Assembly: GCA_043822785.1 (NCBI GenBank)
Contig: JBDRBN010000060.1
Coordinates: 1-14,059 of the forward strand
DNA length: 14,059 nucleotides
Source of the DNA: Pseudomonadota bacterium
Lineage (GTDB): Bacteria; UBA10199; 2-02-FULL-44-16; JAAZCA01
Reading direction: 5' to 3'
The notes under the pieces are model-generated. The model was given only the letters and a program-made list of their open reading frames with translations, searched no databases and was not told where the DNA came from. Positions 1 through 8,784 of this stretch are shown piece by piece (position 1 is the first letter of the stretch; each line of letters starts with the position of its first letter). Position numbers and translations under genes: made by a program.

Positions 1-47
1 TCCTGCATCACCTTTAACCTATTGTTTTCCTTCATCGTCAGTAGCAT
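1..47 (-). CDS. 5' fragment of a probable transposase (MLLTMKENNRLKVMQ...), truncated by the window edge
   Basis: AGGAGG (61-56), 8-nt spacer, ATG at 47, open to the edge. The 15 residues resemble the 'MxxKExxRLxVIQ' start of ISNCY/IS481-type transposases. Confidence 0.55.
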   Translation of the reverse strand, partial: MLLTMKENNRLKVMQ

Positions 48-140
48 CCCTTCCACCTCCTACGTTTACCCCATAGAAGGTATTATCTACTGACATTTTC
101 CCTTGGGCAATTACCCTGACATTATCGCTTGGGTACCACA
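1..140 (-). mobile_element. Left end of a probable IS481/IS1202 (ISNCY)-like insertion sequence, running off the window start
   Basis: The minus strand begins 5'-TGTGGTACCCAAGCGATAATGTCAG at 140, a TGT terminus. Two 18-nt direct repeats follow: CCCAAGCGATAATGTCAG (133-116) and CCCAAGGGAAAATGTCAG (107-90). These lead to an AGGAGG RBS and a transposase-like N-terminus. Family assignment is from recalled resemblance only. Confidence 0.6.
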
Positions 141-310
141 ACCGAGTATTCGTTCCTTTCGCTTTCTAACTTAACACAATAGAATTTCGGCTTCCTGTAT
201 CGTTCCCAGAACCATCTAGCGAGCAGAGAAGAAACTGCCCCAATGATGACACCTATTGAAACACCAATTATACTCGGCCAAGTCACTACCCCTTGAGCAT
301 TGCCAATCAT
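122..310 (-). pseudogene. Small single-pass membrane protein gene, probably interrupted by the IS at about 140
   Basis: AGGAGG RBS upstream of ATG 310. A hydrophobic segment (IIGVSIGVIIGAVSSLLA) is followed by basic RWFWERYRKPK. The last codons and the stop lie inside the putative IS end. Confidence 0.5.
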
Positions 311-450
311 CCAATCCTCCTATTTAAGGGAACTACATTATCAACCCATTCGTCACCGACATTCACGGCGTTGCGTAAATGGTCATACTCGCCGGGTATC
401 AGGTACGAGTAGTTCTGAACCATACACCCCACGACACAAGCGGCCAAGAC

Positions 451-744
451 AATTGATTAGCAGGGAGCATTAGTTCTGGTTCATCGGGGTCGGCGGTAGT
501 GCCAAAGCAAATCAGTCTTGCGTATGCAAATTTTCTTATAGGTCGGCTTGGGGTGGCGCTGGGTGGGGGCCCCGATTTCGCCAGCAGGCTGTTCCGTGAT
601 TTCACATTGAGCTCGTGATCTAATCAGCCGATGCCGAAATTGGGGAAAACCCAGCGACAGGACCCGAAGACGACCTGTAGGAAAATTTGCATATATCTGA
701 TTGCGAACGCTAGAACCGAAACTAACGCTCCCAGCTAATTGGTT
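451..744 (+). other. Long imperfect inverted repeat / rod-like hairpin (candidate structured ncRNA or ssDNA element)
   Basis: Nested helices: 451-482/713-744 (25 WC + 4 G.U of 32), 507-515/697-704, 523-554/662-693 (28 WC + 2 G.U of 32), 557-564/649-656 (8/8), 570-580/635-645 (10 WC + 1 G.U), 587-591/625-629, 602-605/615-618. Apical loop at 606-614. Confidence 0.85.
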
Positions 745-747
745 TGA

Positions 748-777
748 GGAGATTGCTTCACTACGTTCGCAATGACA
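748..777. repeat. Right half of a REP-like element (GGAGATTGCTTC...TCGCAATGACA)
   Basis: Shares GGAGATTGCTTC and TCGCAATGACAC with the right arm of the element at 13964-14049. No left arm is seen nearby. Confidence 0.75.
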
Positions 778-783
778 CGAGGC

Positions 784-1434
784 TCACAACCTCCCTGCTA
801 TCCCCTCTGCCCTCATATGAGGAAGGTTTGCTCGCCTGTTGCGGTCATAAAACCGTGGACGAGGAAGTATAGATGCAAGCCAAGCTGCTTCTTCTTTGGT
901 CAAATACCGAGCGCTCTTGCCAAAATAGTGCCTGGCTGCTGCCTCTGCGCCGTATATGCCGTTGCCCCACTCTGCGATGTTAAGATAAATTTCAAGTATG
1001 CGTTTCTTTGGCAGAAATAGTTCCATCTTGAGCGCAATACATACCTCGCGCACTTTGCGCAAAAGCGACTTGTGGGGATACAAATACAAATTGCGCGCCA
1101 CCTGCATGGTAATCGTGGAAGCGCCCTTTGAAAATTTACCTCTTTTCAAATTCACTCGATACGCGCGCTTGATTGCCTCCCAGTCATACCCTGGATGAGA
1201 GAAGAACTGGTCATCCTCTGCAAGCACCACAGCATTTTGCAAATGTTGCGAAATCTTAGAAAGTCCACACCACACATGCTGTATCTTCTTATGCTCATCT
1301 GCCCGCATATAAGCAGTGGTATGAGGATTTACCCACCTGAGCTGTGCTATTGGAGGAGTACAGAAGCATACAGAAATGCCTAAAAACCATATTATGCCAA
1401 CCACTGCCGCCAAACTAATGAAAATTTTCCTCAT
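784..1434 (-). CDS. mtgA: Monofunctional biosynthetic peptidoglycan transglycosylase (GT51)
   Basis: GT51 motifs AEDDQFFSHPG, GASTITMQVARNL, RKVRE, KKRILEIYLNIAEWG and GAEAAARHYF, with an N-terminal membrane anchor and no transpeptidase domain. Start taken at MRKIF (1434); the ORF could extend to 1461. Confidence 0.93.
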   Translation of the reverse strand: MRKIFISLAAVVGIIWFLGISVCFCTPPIAQLRWVNPHTTAYMRADEHKKIQHVWCGLSKISQHLQNAVVLAEDDQFFSHPGYDWEAIKRAYRVNLKRGKFSKGASTITMQVARNLYLYPHKSLLRKVREVCIALKMELFLPKKRILEIYLNIAEWGNGIYGAEAAARHYFGKSARYLTKEEAAWLASILPRPRFYDRNRRANLPHMRAEGIAGRL

Positions 1435-1523
1435 AATTGATATCCATCTCCCTGAGAACATGGATCAAGGATGCACCGTATCAGCATGATAATCAAGCCA
1501 TTTATTAATTAACGCATAGCATC

Positions 1524-1551
1524 TTGAAATCAAGCAATTCTTATGTATAGT
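1524..1551 (+). promoter_or_regulatory. Putative sigma70 promoter of dcd
   Basis: TTGAAA (1524-1529), 16-nt spacer, TATAGT (1546-1551), in an AT-rich divergent intergenic region. Confidence 0.45.
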
Positions 1552-1587
1552 CCGCCACTAATCATCAATAACCACCTGGAGGCTTAA

Positions 1588-2145
1588 ATGGGCATAAGGC
1601 CTGACATCTGGATTAAAACCATGGCACTTGAGCATGGCATGATTGAGCCCTTTGAAGAAAAGCAAATGAGAAAGGGAATATCCTATGGGCTCTCCTCCTA
1701 TGGTTATGATTTTCGAATTGCCAATGAGTTTAAAATCTTCGAACCCCAAGGCACTGGCATAATCGATCCTAAAGATTTTGCACACATTCATTTTCGCGAT
1801 TTCACAGGCGATGTTTGCGAAATACCTGCAAACAGCTATGTGCTCGCGCGCACCATCGAGTACTTTCGCATACCACGCGACGTGCTGACCATTTGTTATG
1901 GCAAGTCTACCTATGCACGCTGCGGAGTTCATATTCACGTAACGCCATTTGAACCAGAGTGGGAAGGATATGCTACAATAGCTATTTCAAATGCAACTAC
2001 TCTTCCAGCACGCGTCTATGCTGGCGAAGGCATTGGTCAGGTTATCTTTTTGCGCGCTGGCGATGTGTGCAAAGTATCGTACGCGGATAAGAAGGGAAAA
2101 TACCAGGCACAAAAGAAGATCACAGTAGCAAAGGGTGAAGGGTGA
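1588..2145 (+). CDS. dcd: dCTP deaminase
   Basis: Motifs [29 protein letters not shown] and [18 protein letters not shown]. Confidence 0.97.
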   Translation: MGIRPDIWIKTMALEHGMIEPFEEKQMRKGISYGLSSYGYDFRIANEFKIFEPQGTGIIDPKDFAHIHFRDFTGDVCEIPANSYVLARTIEYFRIPRDVLTICYGKSTYARCGVHIHVTPFEPEWEGYATIAISNATTLPARVYAGEGIGQVIFLRAGDVCKVSYADKKGKYQAQKKITVAKGEG

Positions 2146-2152
2146 AAATGTT

Positions 2153-2611
2153 ATGCATGAGATGAGAATGTATTACAATTTGGCAGAGGCAAACGAGCTT
2201 GTTCCTTCGCTTGACTATTTATTTTCAGAGCTCGCAAGAATTCAGCGCCGGATTAACTCGCTGTGTGAAAAAGCAACTAAAGCTGGCGTTATGATAAGTC
2301 CAAATGCCGTGCTTGGCATAAGCCCCTCTGAGTCAGCTGGCATTCCCTCGACAACCAATACGCTAAGGGCACTGTCTGAAGAATACATGACACACCTGGA
2401 CGAAATCGCAAAACTTGGCGTTGTGATCTGCGACGTTGACCAAGGCATTGTAGGTTTCTATTCATGGTTTGCTGGTCAGGAGATATTCCTCTCATGGCAG
2501 TATGGCGAGCCAGAAGTTAGGTACTGGCATGCCGTGAGCGAGCTTCCAGAAACAAGGCGCGATCTAGCAGAGCTTGTTCCATCGCATTCAACATCAATAC
2601 GACTTCACTAA
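2153..2611 (+). CDS. DUF2203-like protein
   Basis: The N-terminal 'YNLAEANELVP' and C-terminal 'LGV..D.DQGIV.F.....GQEIFLSWQYGEPEVRYWH' match the recalled DUF2203 pattern. The start is uncertain (2135 GTG, 2153 or 2162 ATG). Confidence 0.8.
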   Translation: MHEMRMYYNLAEANELVPSLDYLFSELARIQRRINSLCEKATKAGVMISPNAVLGISPSESAGIPSTTNTLRALSEEYMTHLDEIAKLGVVICDVDQGIVGFYSWFAGQEIFLSWQYGEPEVRYWHAVSELPETRRDLAELVPSHSTSIRLH

Positions 2612-2614
2612 AAC

Positions 2615-3127
2615 ATGGTATATCTTATCGACAGAGACGAGAATATGAGTTTTTGGGAGCGCATCTGGCTTCCAGCAATTCTGCGTAGCTTGGCTGTTAC
2701 AGCAAAGCACTTTATCAAAAACCTCATATTCATAAACCGTCGCATCACAATCGAATATCCTGAACAGAAAAAAATCATCCCCCCTGGCTACCGCGCAGAG
2801 CACAGGCTGCTTACGCGCCAGGACGGCTCTATCCGCTGCACTGCCTGTATGCTGTGCGTTTTCGTATGCCCTGCAAATTGCATTGAGATAGAACCAGAAG
2901 AAGTTGATGATCCAAACGTAGAGAAGCGTCCAAAGACTTTTGTGATAGACATGCTTCGGTGTGTGTTCTGCGGGCTGTGCGTTGAGGCCTGCCCGTGCGA
3001 TGCCATTCGTATGGATACAGGTCGATACGAAAACTCCTGCTTTGATCGATCGGTTGCCATCTATACAAAAGAAAAACTGCTCGCAAATGCTGCCCCTGGC
3101 TCAAGCCCATTGTCCCGAGCATTGTAG
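2615..3127 (+). CDS. nuoI: NADH-quinone oxidoreductase subunit I (2x[4Fe-4S])
   Basis: TIEYPEQK..P.GYRAEHRL, CTACMLCVFVCP and IDMLRCVFCGLCVEACPCDAI. Confidence 0.92.
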   Translation: MVYLIDRDENMSFWERIWLPAILRSLAVTAKHFIKNLIFINRRITIEYPEQKKIIPPGYRAEHRLLTRQDGSIRCTACMLCVFVCPANCIEIEPEEVDDPNVEKRPKTFVIDMLRCVFCGLCVEACPCDAIRMDTGRYENSCFDRSVAIYTKEKLLANAAPGSSPLSRAL

Positions 3128-3173
3128 CCCGCTTTTCGTTTCTCGCATGTCTCGCCTTTCTCGCCCTAACCTA

Positions 3174-3202
3174 TTGACAATATCTCTCCAGAGACCGATT
3201 AT
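3174..3202 (+). promoter_or_regulatory. Putative sigma70 promoter of the DnaJ-type gene, possibly leaderless
   Basis: Perfect TTGACA (3174-3179), 17-nt spacer, GATTAT (3197-3202). The ATG is only 8 nt further on and no Shine-Dalgarno is present. Confidence 0.5.
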
Positions 3203-3210
3203 TCCCTGCT

Positions 3211-4146
3211 ATGAAAGATTTTTATCAGATCCTAGGCGTGCCAAGGGGTGCGACAGATGCTGAAATCAAAAAGGCATATCGCCGCCTGGCCAAACAATAC
3301 CATCCAGATGTAAACAAGGGCGAGAAAGCAGCAGAGGAAAAGTTTAAGGACATCTCTGAAGCCTACAACGTGCTTTCTGATCCTAAGCAGCGCAAACAAT
3401 ATGATATGTTCAGTGGCGCTGGTGGCTTTACCCCAGGCGAAGGCGGTTTTAAATGGGAATACAGAGGGGCACCAGGAGAAGCAGGCTTCGACTTTGGCAA
3501 TGTGGATTTGGGAGATCTTTTTGGCGAGCTATTTGAGATGGGAGGCGTTCGCAGGGGCGCACCACGGCAAAGTTGGGGAAGAGCAGCTGGACCCGAAGCC
3601 CCTGTTAACGGTCGCGATACATACGCTGACGTAGAGATAAGCTTTGACGACGCCGTGAGCGGCACAGAGAGAAAAATATCCATCCGCCGCGGAGACAAAA
3701 CCGAACGCCTTACCGTAAAGATCCCGGCAGGTGTCGACAACGGCTCAAAGGTCAGAATTGCAGGCAAGGGGCAACCAGGCTTTGGCGGTGGCAAAGACGG
3801 CGACCTTTACTTACGAATACACGTAACACCTCATCCTGATTTTTGGCGCGAAGACGCTGACATCTATACAGAGATTCCCATCACCATCTACGATGCTGTG
3901 CTGGGTACACAGGTAGAAGTGCCAACTCTCACAGGACATGCCAAGATGAAGGTGCCAGGAGGAACTGCTGGCGGACAAAAATTTAGGATCTCCGGCAAGG
4001 GAGCCCCCATTTTAGGGCAAAAAGGAAAAAAAGGTGATCAGTACGTAATCGTAAAAATCGTCCCACCCAAGAAACTCAAATCCGCTCAGAAAAAAATATT
4101 TGAAGAGTTGGCAGCAGAATACCCCTACGACCCCAAAGAAACTTAA
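3211..4146 (+). CDS. cbpA: Class B DnaJ-family co-chaperone (CbpA-like)
   Basis: J domain with HPD (KQYHPDVN), G/F-rich region and C-terminal DnaJ_C domain ([15 protein letters not shown]). There is no CxxCxGxG zinc finger. Confidence 0.9.
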   Translation: MKDFYQILGVPRGATDAEIKKAYRRLAKQYHPDVNKGEKAAEEKFKDISEAYNVLSDPKQRKQYDMFSGAGGFTPGEGGFKWEYRGAPGEAGFDFGNVDLGDLFGELFEMGGVRRGAPRQSWGRAAGPEAPVNGRDTYADVEISFDDAVSGTERKISIRRGDKTERLTVKIPAGVDNGSKVRIAGKGQPGFGGGKDGDLYLRIHVTPHPDFWREDADIYTEIPITIYDAVLGTQVEVPTLTGHAKMKVPGGTAGGQKFRISGKGAPILGQKGKKGDQYVIVKIVPPKKLKSAQKKIFEELAAEYPYDPKET

Positions 4147-4155
4147 GACAATTTG

Positions 4156-5811
4156 TTATGCAAGATCTTGAGCAACCTCTACTATGTGTGTGAGCTTGGA
4201 GTTTATCATGCGAAACTGGCCCAGCAGATCCATATGAATTGTGCTAGTCTCATAAGTCTCAGGAAGCTTGTCGTGAAGCCTGTGCAGATGTGATTGCCGC
4301 AAATCCTGCTCTACCTCATTGAGATGTTTCTCGTGGCGCAGCACCTTAAGGGCAATATCTTTGTGCGGCTGTGTGAGCATGGATATCATAAGATCAAAGT
4401 TCGAAAGCACGAGCTTGTGCAGCTTAGTGAGTTCAGCATAACCTTCATCGGAAAAACGCGCTAGTTTTCTGCGTTTTTTATGTGCGAGCGCGATGATTTC
4501 TTTTGAAATTGCGTCGCCAACAGCCTCAAGCTCTGAGCCAATAGAAAGCAGCGCCACCTGCGCCTTCGCCTGTGCTTCAGTGAGGGCCTTTTGCGAAACT
4601 TTAGAAATGTAGAATCGTACAGCCTTTTCTAAAAGATCTATCTTATCATCAGCGCTTCCGGTCTTCTCTTCCAAGCGGTCAAAATCGACATTTAGATGGA
4701 AGAGCTGCAGTACATTTTCAAACATCTCATGCGCAATGCGAGCTATGCGCATGATCTCGCGACGTGCCTGCGCAAAGGCCAAAGCCGGCGTGTCCAAAGC
4801 ACTCTCGTCTAAATACTTTGGACCAAATACTGCCTTCTCCTCAAACTTTCGCGGCACTATCTTTTTTACCAACCATACGCCAGGCCGCACTAGCGGCAAA
4901 AACAAAACTGTGATGAAGATATTGAAAAGCAGATGCGTAAGCACGATCTTGCCACTTGTGGCAAGATTGATCATCACTGCCTGACTTGCAAGATAAGAGT
5001 CAATCTTGCTTATCCACACTGCAATATCACTGACAAAAGGAAATACTATGAGCACGCCTATGATCTTGATGAGCACATGCGCTACTGCCACGCGCCGTCC
5101 TGCTGTGCCCACGCCAAGGCAGGACAGGCAAGCTGTTATGCAAGTTCCTATGTTGGCTCCCAAAACGATTGGAATGGCTGCCTCAAAGGAAAGAACGCCC
5201 GAATATGACAACGCGATAGCCAAACCTATTGTCGCTGCTGAAACCTGGATAATACCTGTGAAGATGGCTGCAAAAACAAGGTTTAAAAATGGATTGGTTG
5301 CTAAAAATTCAAACACCTTTATTGCTATAGGGTTATCCCTAAGCGGCATAGCTGCATATGTCATAAGATACATGCCAAAAAAGATCATGCCAAAGCCAAG
5401 CACTGCTGAACCGATGTAGCGCACAAGCTGATTGCGACACAGCCGCTCCATGACTATGCCAAGAGCCACAAGATACAATGAATAGTGCGTGATCTTCTTT
5501 AATGAAATCAGTATGACCACCAGCGTAGTGCCGATATCAGCTCCGAGGATGACGCCAAAGGCCTGGGCAAGCGTCATCAGCTGAGTTTCAGCAAAGCTCA
5601 CTAGGATGACGGTAGTTGCGCTGGAGCTCTGCAACATGACAGTTACCAAAGCACCAAGGCCAACCGCAAAAAATCGGTTGTTTGTAAGCTTGCCGATTAA
5701 AAGGCGCAGACGCTCTCCAGCAGCAAGCTGTAAGCCCTGACGCGCTGATCGCAGCCCTAAAAAGAAAAAGGCCAGGCCACCGATCATGTATGCCCAGCTA
5801 AATCCGTTCAT
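4156..5811 (-). CDS. Na/Pi cotransporter family protein with C-terminal PhoU-like domains
   Basis: Repeated motifs QSSSATT / GADIGTT and QVSAATI / GANIGTC in a multi-TM N-terminal half, followed by a helical soluble C-terminus (PKYLD..ALDTP.LA, ETSTIHMDLL). Confidence 0.93.
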   Translation of the reverse strand: MNGFSWAYMIGGLAFFFLGLRSARQGLQLAAGERLRLLIGKLTNNRFFAVGLGALVTVMLQSSSATTVILVSFAETQLMTLAQAFGVILGADIGTTLVVILISLKKITHYSLYLVALGIVMERLCRNQLVRYIGSAVLGFGMIFFGMYLMTYAAMPLRDNPIAIKVFEFLATNPFLNLVFAAIFTGIIQVSAATIGLAIALSYSGVLSFEAAIPIVLGANIGTCITACLSCLGVGTAGRRVAVAHVLIKIIGVLIVFPFVSDIAVWISKIDSYLASQAVMINLATSGKIVLTHLLFNIFITVLFLPLVRPGVWLVKKIVPRKFEEKAVFGPKYLDESALDTPALAFAQARREIMRIARIAHEMFENVLQLFHLNVDFDRLEEKTGSADDKIDLLEKAVRFYISKVSQKALTEAQAKAQVALLSIGSELEAVGDAISKEIIALAHKKRRKLARFSDEGYAELTKLHKLVLSNFDLMISMLTQPHKDIALKVLRHEKHLNEVEQDLRQSHLHRLHDKLPETYETSTIHMDLLGQFRMINSKLTHIVEVAQDLA

Positions 5812-5908
5812 CTAGCAAGCTCTCCGCATAGCATGAAATTGCCACTCACACCTTGCTTTTGCAAGGCAATTAAACTACAAGCGACCGAGCAAATCGAGAG
5901 GAGGAAGC

Positions 5909-7579
5909 ATGAAGATTGTTGAATGCGTGCCCAACTTTAGCGAAGGAAGAAACAAAGAAACAATCGAAGCCATAGCAACAGCTGTGCGCTCTGTGTCTGG
6001 AGTATCGCTTCTTGACGTGGATCCAGGTCATGCCACAAATCGCACTGTGTACACGTTTGCAGGTCCTCCCGATGAGGTTATGGAAGCCGCATTTTTAGCC
6101 ATAAAGGTGGGCTCAGAGCTCATAGACATGCGTACGCACAAGGGCAGCCATGCCAGGCAAGGCGCGTGCGACGTATGCCCATTTGTGCCGGTAGCAGGCA
6201 TTACAATGGAAGAATGCGTTGACCTGGCAAAACGCCTTGGTAAACGGGTTGGAGAGGAGCTGGATATACCCGTATATCTATACGCCAACGCGGCAACGCG
6301 GCCAGAGCGCGTGCGCATGCCAGACATCCGCGCAGGCGAATATGAAGCGCTTGAAGAAAAACTAACAAAGCCTGAATGGAAGCCGGATTTTGGCCAACCA
6401 AAGTTTAACGCAAAGTCAGGCGCAACAGTCATAGGCGCACGCCCCTTTCTCATCGCCTATAACATCAACCTCAACAGCACCAACGTAAAGCTGGCCAAAA
6501 AGATCGCAAATGTAATTCGCGAAACAGGCAAGTTAAAGCGCGATGAAGAAGGAAATGTTGTGAGAAAACCCGATGGAACTGCCGAGCGCATACCCGGCAT
6601 GTTCAAAGAGGTGCAAGGCACAGGCTGGCTCATACCAGAATACAACCGCGCGCAAGTCACAGTGAACATACTCAACATTGACGAAGCACCTCTTTACAAG
6701 GTTTACGATGCATGCTGCGATCTGGCTGCCAAATTTGGGTGCCGCATCACTGGCAGCGAAATCGTAGGCATGGTGCCAAAACGCGTGCTCACAGAAGCAG
6801 GGCTGCATTATCTTAAAAAGCAGGGTTCGACCACTGGTGTATCCGAGGATGAAATCATACGCACTGCCATACTCACTTTGGGGCTTAGCGATGTAGCGCC
6901 GTTTGATCCAAAGCATAAGATCATCGAAGAGCGCTTTTGCGAGCCTGCTCCTTTAGCATCGATGACTGTAGATGCATTTACAAAAGAACTGTCATCAAAC
7001 TCACCTGCCCCTGGCGGCGGATCCGTAGCTGCTCTTGCAGGTGCACTGTCTTCAGGGCTGTCATCTATGGTTGCAGCGCTCACATTTGAGAAACAAGGTT
7101 TTGAGGAAGTACAATCTGAAATGGAAAGCATAGGTGTTGCAGCGCAAAAGACTATGGCTTCGCAGATAAAAGCCATTGATACCGATACCGCAGCGTTCAA
7201 CATGGTAATGGATGCGTTTTCCATGCCAAAGGCAACTGAAGAACAAGAGGCAGCCCGCGCTGCTGCAATTGAAGAGGCAAACAAGGGCGCAACCACAGAG
7301 CCTTTGGGAACGCTCGAGAGAACAATACCCGCGCTTGAGTGCGCCATGGCCGTAGCGCAAAAGGGAAATCCCAACTCGCTCTCAGATGCAGGCGTTGCTG
7401 GGCTTATGGGCAGGGCAGCTGCCATGGGCGCATACTACAACGTGCTCATCAATCTCCAAGGCATAGAGGATAAAAAATGGAGTAAGGATATTCGAAACAA
7501 AGCTGATGAGTTTTTAAAGCAAGCCGAAGAAAAAGCCGCTGCAATCGAAACGTTTGTGCTTGAAAAGTTACAGAGTTAA
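5909..7579 (+). CDS. ftcd: Bifunctional glutamate formimidoyltransferase / formiminotetrahydrofolate cyclodeaminase
   Basis: VECVPNFSEGR, NRTVYT, IDMRTHKGSH.R.GA.DVCPFVP and GARPFLIAYN, then the cyclodeaminase domain (SPAPGGGSVAAL, GNPNSLSDAGV, NVLINL). GAGGAGG RBS. Confidence 0.96.
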   Translation: MKIVECVPNFSEGRNKETIEAIATAVRSVSGVSLLDVDPGHATNRTVYTFAGPPDEVMEAAFLAIKVGSELIDMRTHKGSHARQGACDVCPFVPVAGITMEECVDLAKRLGKRVGEELDIPVYLYANAATRPERVRMPDIRAGEYEALEEKLTKPEWKPDFGQPKFNAKSGATVIGARPFLIAYNINLNSTNVKLAKKIANVIRETGKLKRDEEGNVVRKPDGTAERIPGMFKEVQGTGWLIPEYNRAQVTVNILNIDEAPLYKVYDACCDLAAKFGCRITGSEIVGMVPKRVLTEAGLHYLKKQGSTTGVSEDEIIRTAILTLGLSDVAPFDPKHKIIEERFCEPAPLASMTVDAFTKELSSNSPAPGGGSVAALAGALSSGLSSMVAALTFEKQGFEEVQSEMESIGVAAQKTMASQIKAIDTDTAAFNMVMDAFSMPKATEEQEAARAAAIEEANKGATTEPLGTLERTIPALECAMAVAQKGNPNSLSDAGVAGLMGRAAAMGAYYNVLINLQGIEDKKWSKDIRNKADEFLKQAEEKAAAIETFVLEKLQS

Positions 7580-7586
7580 CGCCAAT

Positions 7587-8681
7587 TTACTTCTCATCTC
7601 TAATCAGCCAGGTGGGCAAGCCGATGCCCTCTTTGCCCAGCAAGAGCTCGGGCTTTTCTATGAAAAACAGCGAGGAACCCAACTCTAAGAAAGGAAGCAT
7701 TACTGAGGGCGGAGGCATGAGCGCCTCTTCTCTTATGCGCTGGTATTCAAACGTTCTCTCCTCTACTTTCTTGCACCTCTTGTTAATGCAAAGCATCATG
7801 CTCTCGCTGACAAGCCTATCTCTGCCATCTGGAAATTTATCGCCCTGCCACTGACCTATGATGCGCAGCTCTTCACCAGGCTTGTCGCTAGATCTTACTG
7901 TAAACTGCGACGGCTTCTGCTCATTGTATGTCACGTATGCGAAAGTATCAGAACTTTCTCCGTCCTCGCCCGTGAAAGTATCAGTATAGCTATCCAGCGC
8001 AGCATCATTGAGGGCATATTCAAATGTCACAGTCCTGCGTCCCATATTCTCGATGCTCTCAAATGCCGTAGGAAGCCCGCTCACATTTACATAGAGCTCC
8101 ATAGAAGTATCTGATGGCTTCCAACTTTCATCGATCCACTGGCTTTTTTTGATCTCTCGTCTGGAAAGATTTGACTGGTCGTATTCGTATTCAAATTTAT
8201 CAACTGGCTTGTCATCATAGCTTACCCTTTTTTCAACAAGATTTCCATTTGCATCATATACAAAATGTATTGTCTCGGCACGGTCACGCGCTGCCCTCTT
8301 TCGCACAAAACTTAAAGTTCTGTCGTTATTGAAAAAGGCATCGGCTACCCGCTCGCCTTTGCTATGATCGCTTATTCTAACGGTGGTTCTAAACTCATTG
8401 GCAGCGTACTCAATAGCATATGTATCTGTCTTGGGCACATCCGGCTCATACCACACTGTGCGTATGATTTTGGAAAGAGCTATAAAATCACCATCTCCCT
8501 GGATGCTTATCTTTCTTACCTCTTTGAGTTTTGCTGCTATTGGTGAGCTGTCTAATTCATAATCTTGCATTGAAGCTACTGGCGTGCCCGCGATATCTTG
8601 GCCTGCACTAGGTTGTGAGTAGAACACGAGAAATAGCCCGATAAAAAGAACGGATAAGAGAATAATATTGGTTCGCCGCAT
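7587..8681 (-). CDS. Hypothetical exported protein with YD-like beta-hairpin repeats
   Basis: Signal-peptide-like N-terminus (MRRTNIILLSVLFIGLFLVFYSQPSAG), repeats such as FVYDANGNLVE, YEYDQSN and TFEY, and a GGGGG RBS. Confidence 0.75.
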   Translation of the reverse strand: MRRTNIILLSVLFIGLFLVFYSQPSAGQDIAGTPVASMQDYELDSSPIAAKLKEVRKISIQGDGDFIALSKIIRTVWYEPDVPKTDTYAIEYAANEFRTTVRISDHSKGERVADAFFNNDRTLSFVRKRAARDRAETIHFVYDANGNLVEKRVSYDDKPVDKFEYEYDQSNLSRREIKKSQWIDESWKPSDTSMELYVNVSGLPTAFESIENMGRRTVTFEYALNDAALDSYTDTFTGEDGESSDTFAYVTYNEQKPSQFTVRSSDKPGEELRIIGQWQGDKFPDGRDRLVSESMMLCINKRCKKVEERTFEYQRIREEALMPPPSVMLPFLELGSSLFFIEKPELLLGKEGIGLPTWLIRDEK

Positions 8682-8719
8682 GGCACCCCCTTGCAGCAGA
8701 TATCAGCAAAGTCTATTTG

Positions 8720-8735
8720 AGCAATAAGCGTGCCA
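8720..8735 (-). promoter_or_regulatory. sigma54 (-24/-12) promoter for the 364-aa exported protein
   Basis: Minus strand TGGCAC-GCTTA-TTGCT is an exact TGGCAC-N5-TTGCW match, correctly oriented, ending 38 nt upstream of ATG 8681. Confidence 0.8.
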
Positions 8736-8771
8736 GCATTCTTTATGCGGCGTGCAGCAAATCTGTTGTTA

Positions 8772-8784
8772 TATTAACAGGTTA
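8772..8784. promoter_or_regulatory. Putative IHF site
   Basis: TATTAACAGGTTA has one mismatch to WATCAANNNNTTR and lies about 40 nt upstream of the -24 box, a typical position in sigma54 promoters. Confidence 0.45.

Noticed and set aside
169..196. XerD-arm-like TTGTGTTAAGT (minus strand) near the IS end, since some IS1202 members target dif-like sites
   Set aside because: The corresponding XerC arm is a poor match, the site is about 28 nt from the insertion point and it lies in coding sequence.
399..605. 68-aa minus-strand ORF
   Set aside because: It lies largely in the left arm of the long hairpin, has a non-ATG start and shows no recognisable motif; likely spurious.
451..744. Interpretation of the long hairpin as a CRISPR array, attC site or retron ncRNA
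   Set aside because: There are no spaced direct repeats, it is much longer than attC sites, and no cas, integrase or reverse transcriptase gene is in the window.
5851..5866. Palindrome CCTTGC-TTTT-GCAAGG between the divergent Na/Pi and ftcd genes
   Set aside because: It could be an operator, but 6-bp arms with no second copy or known consensus are insufficient.
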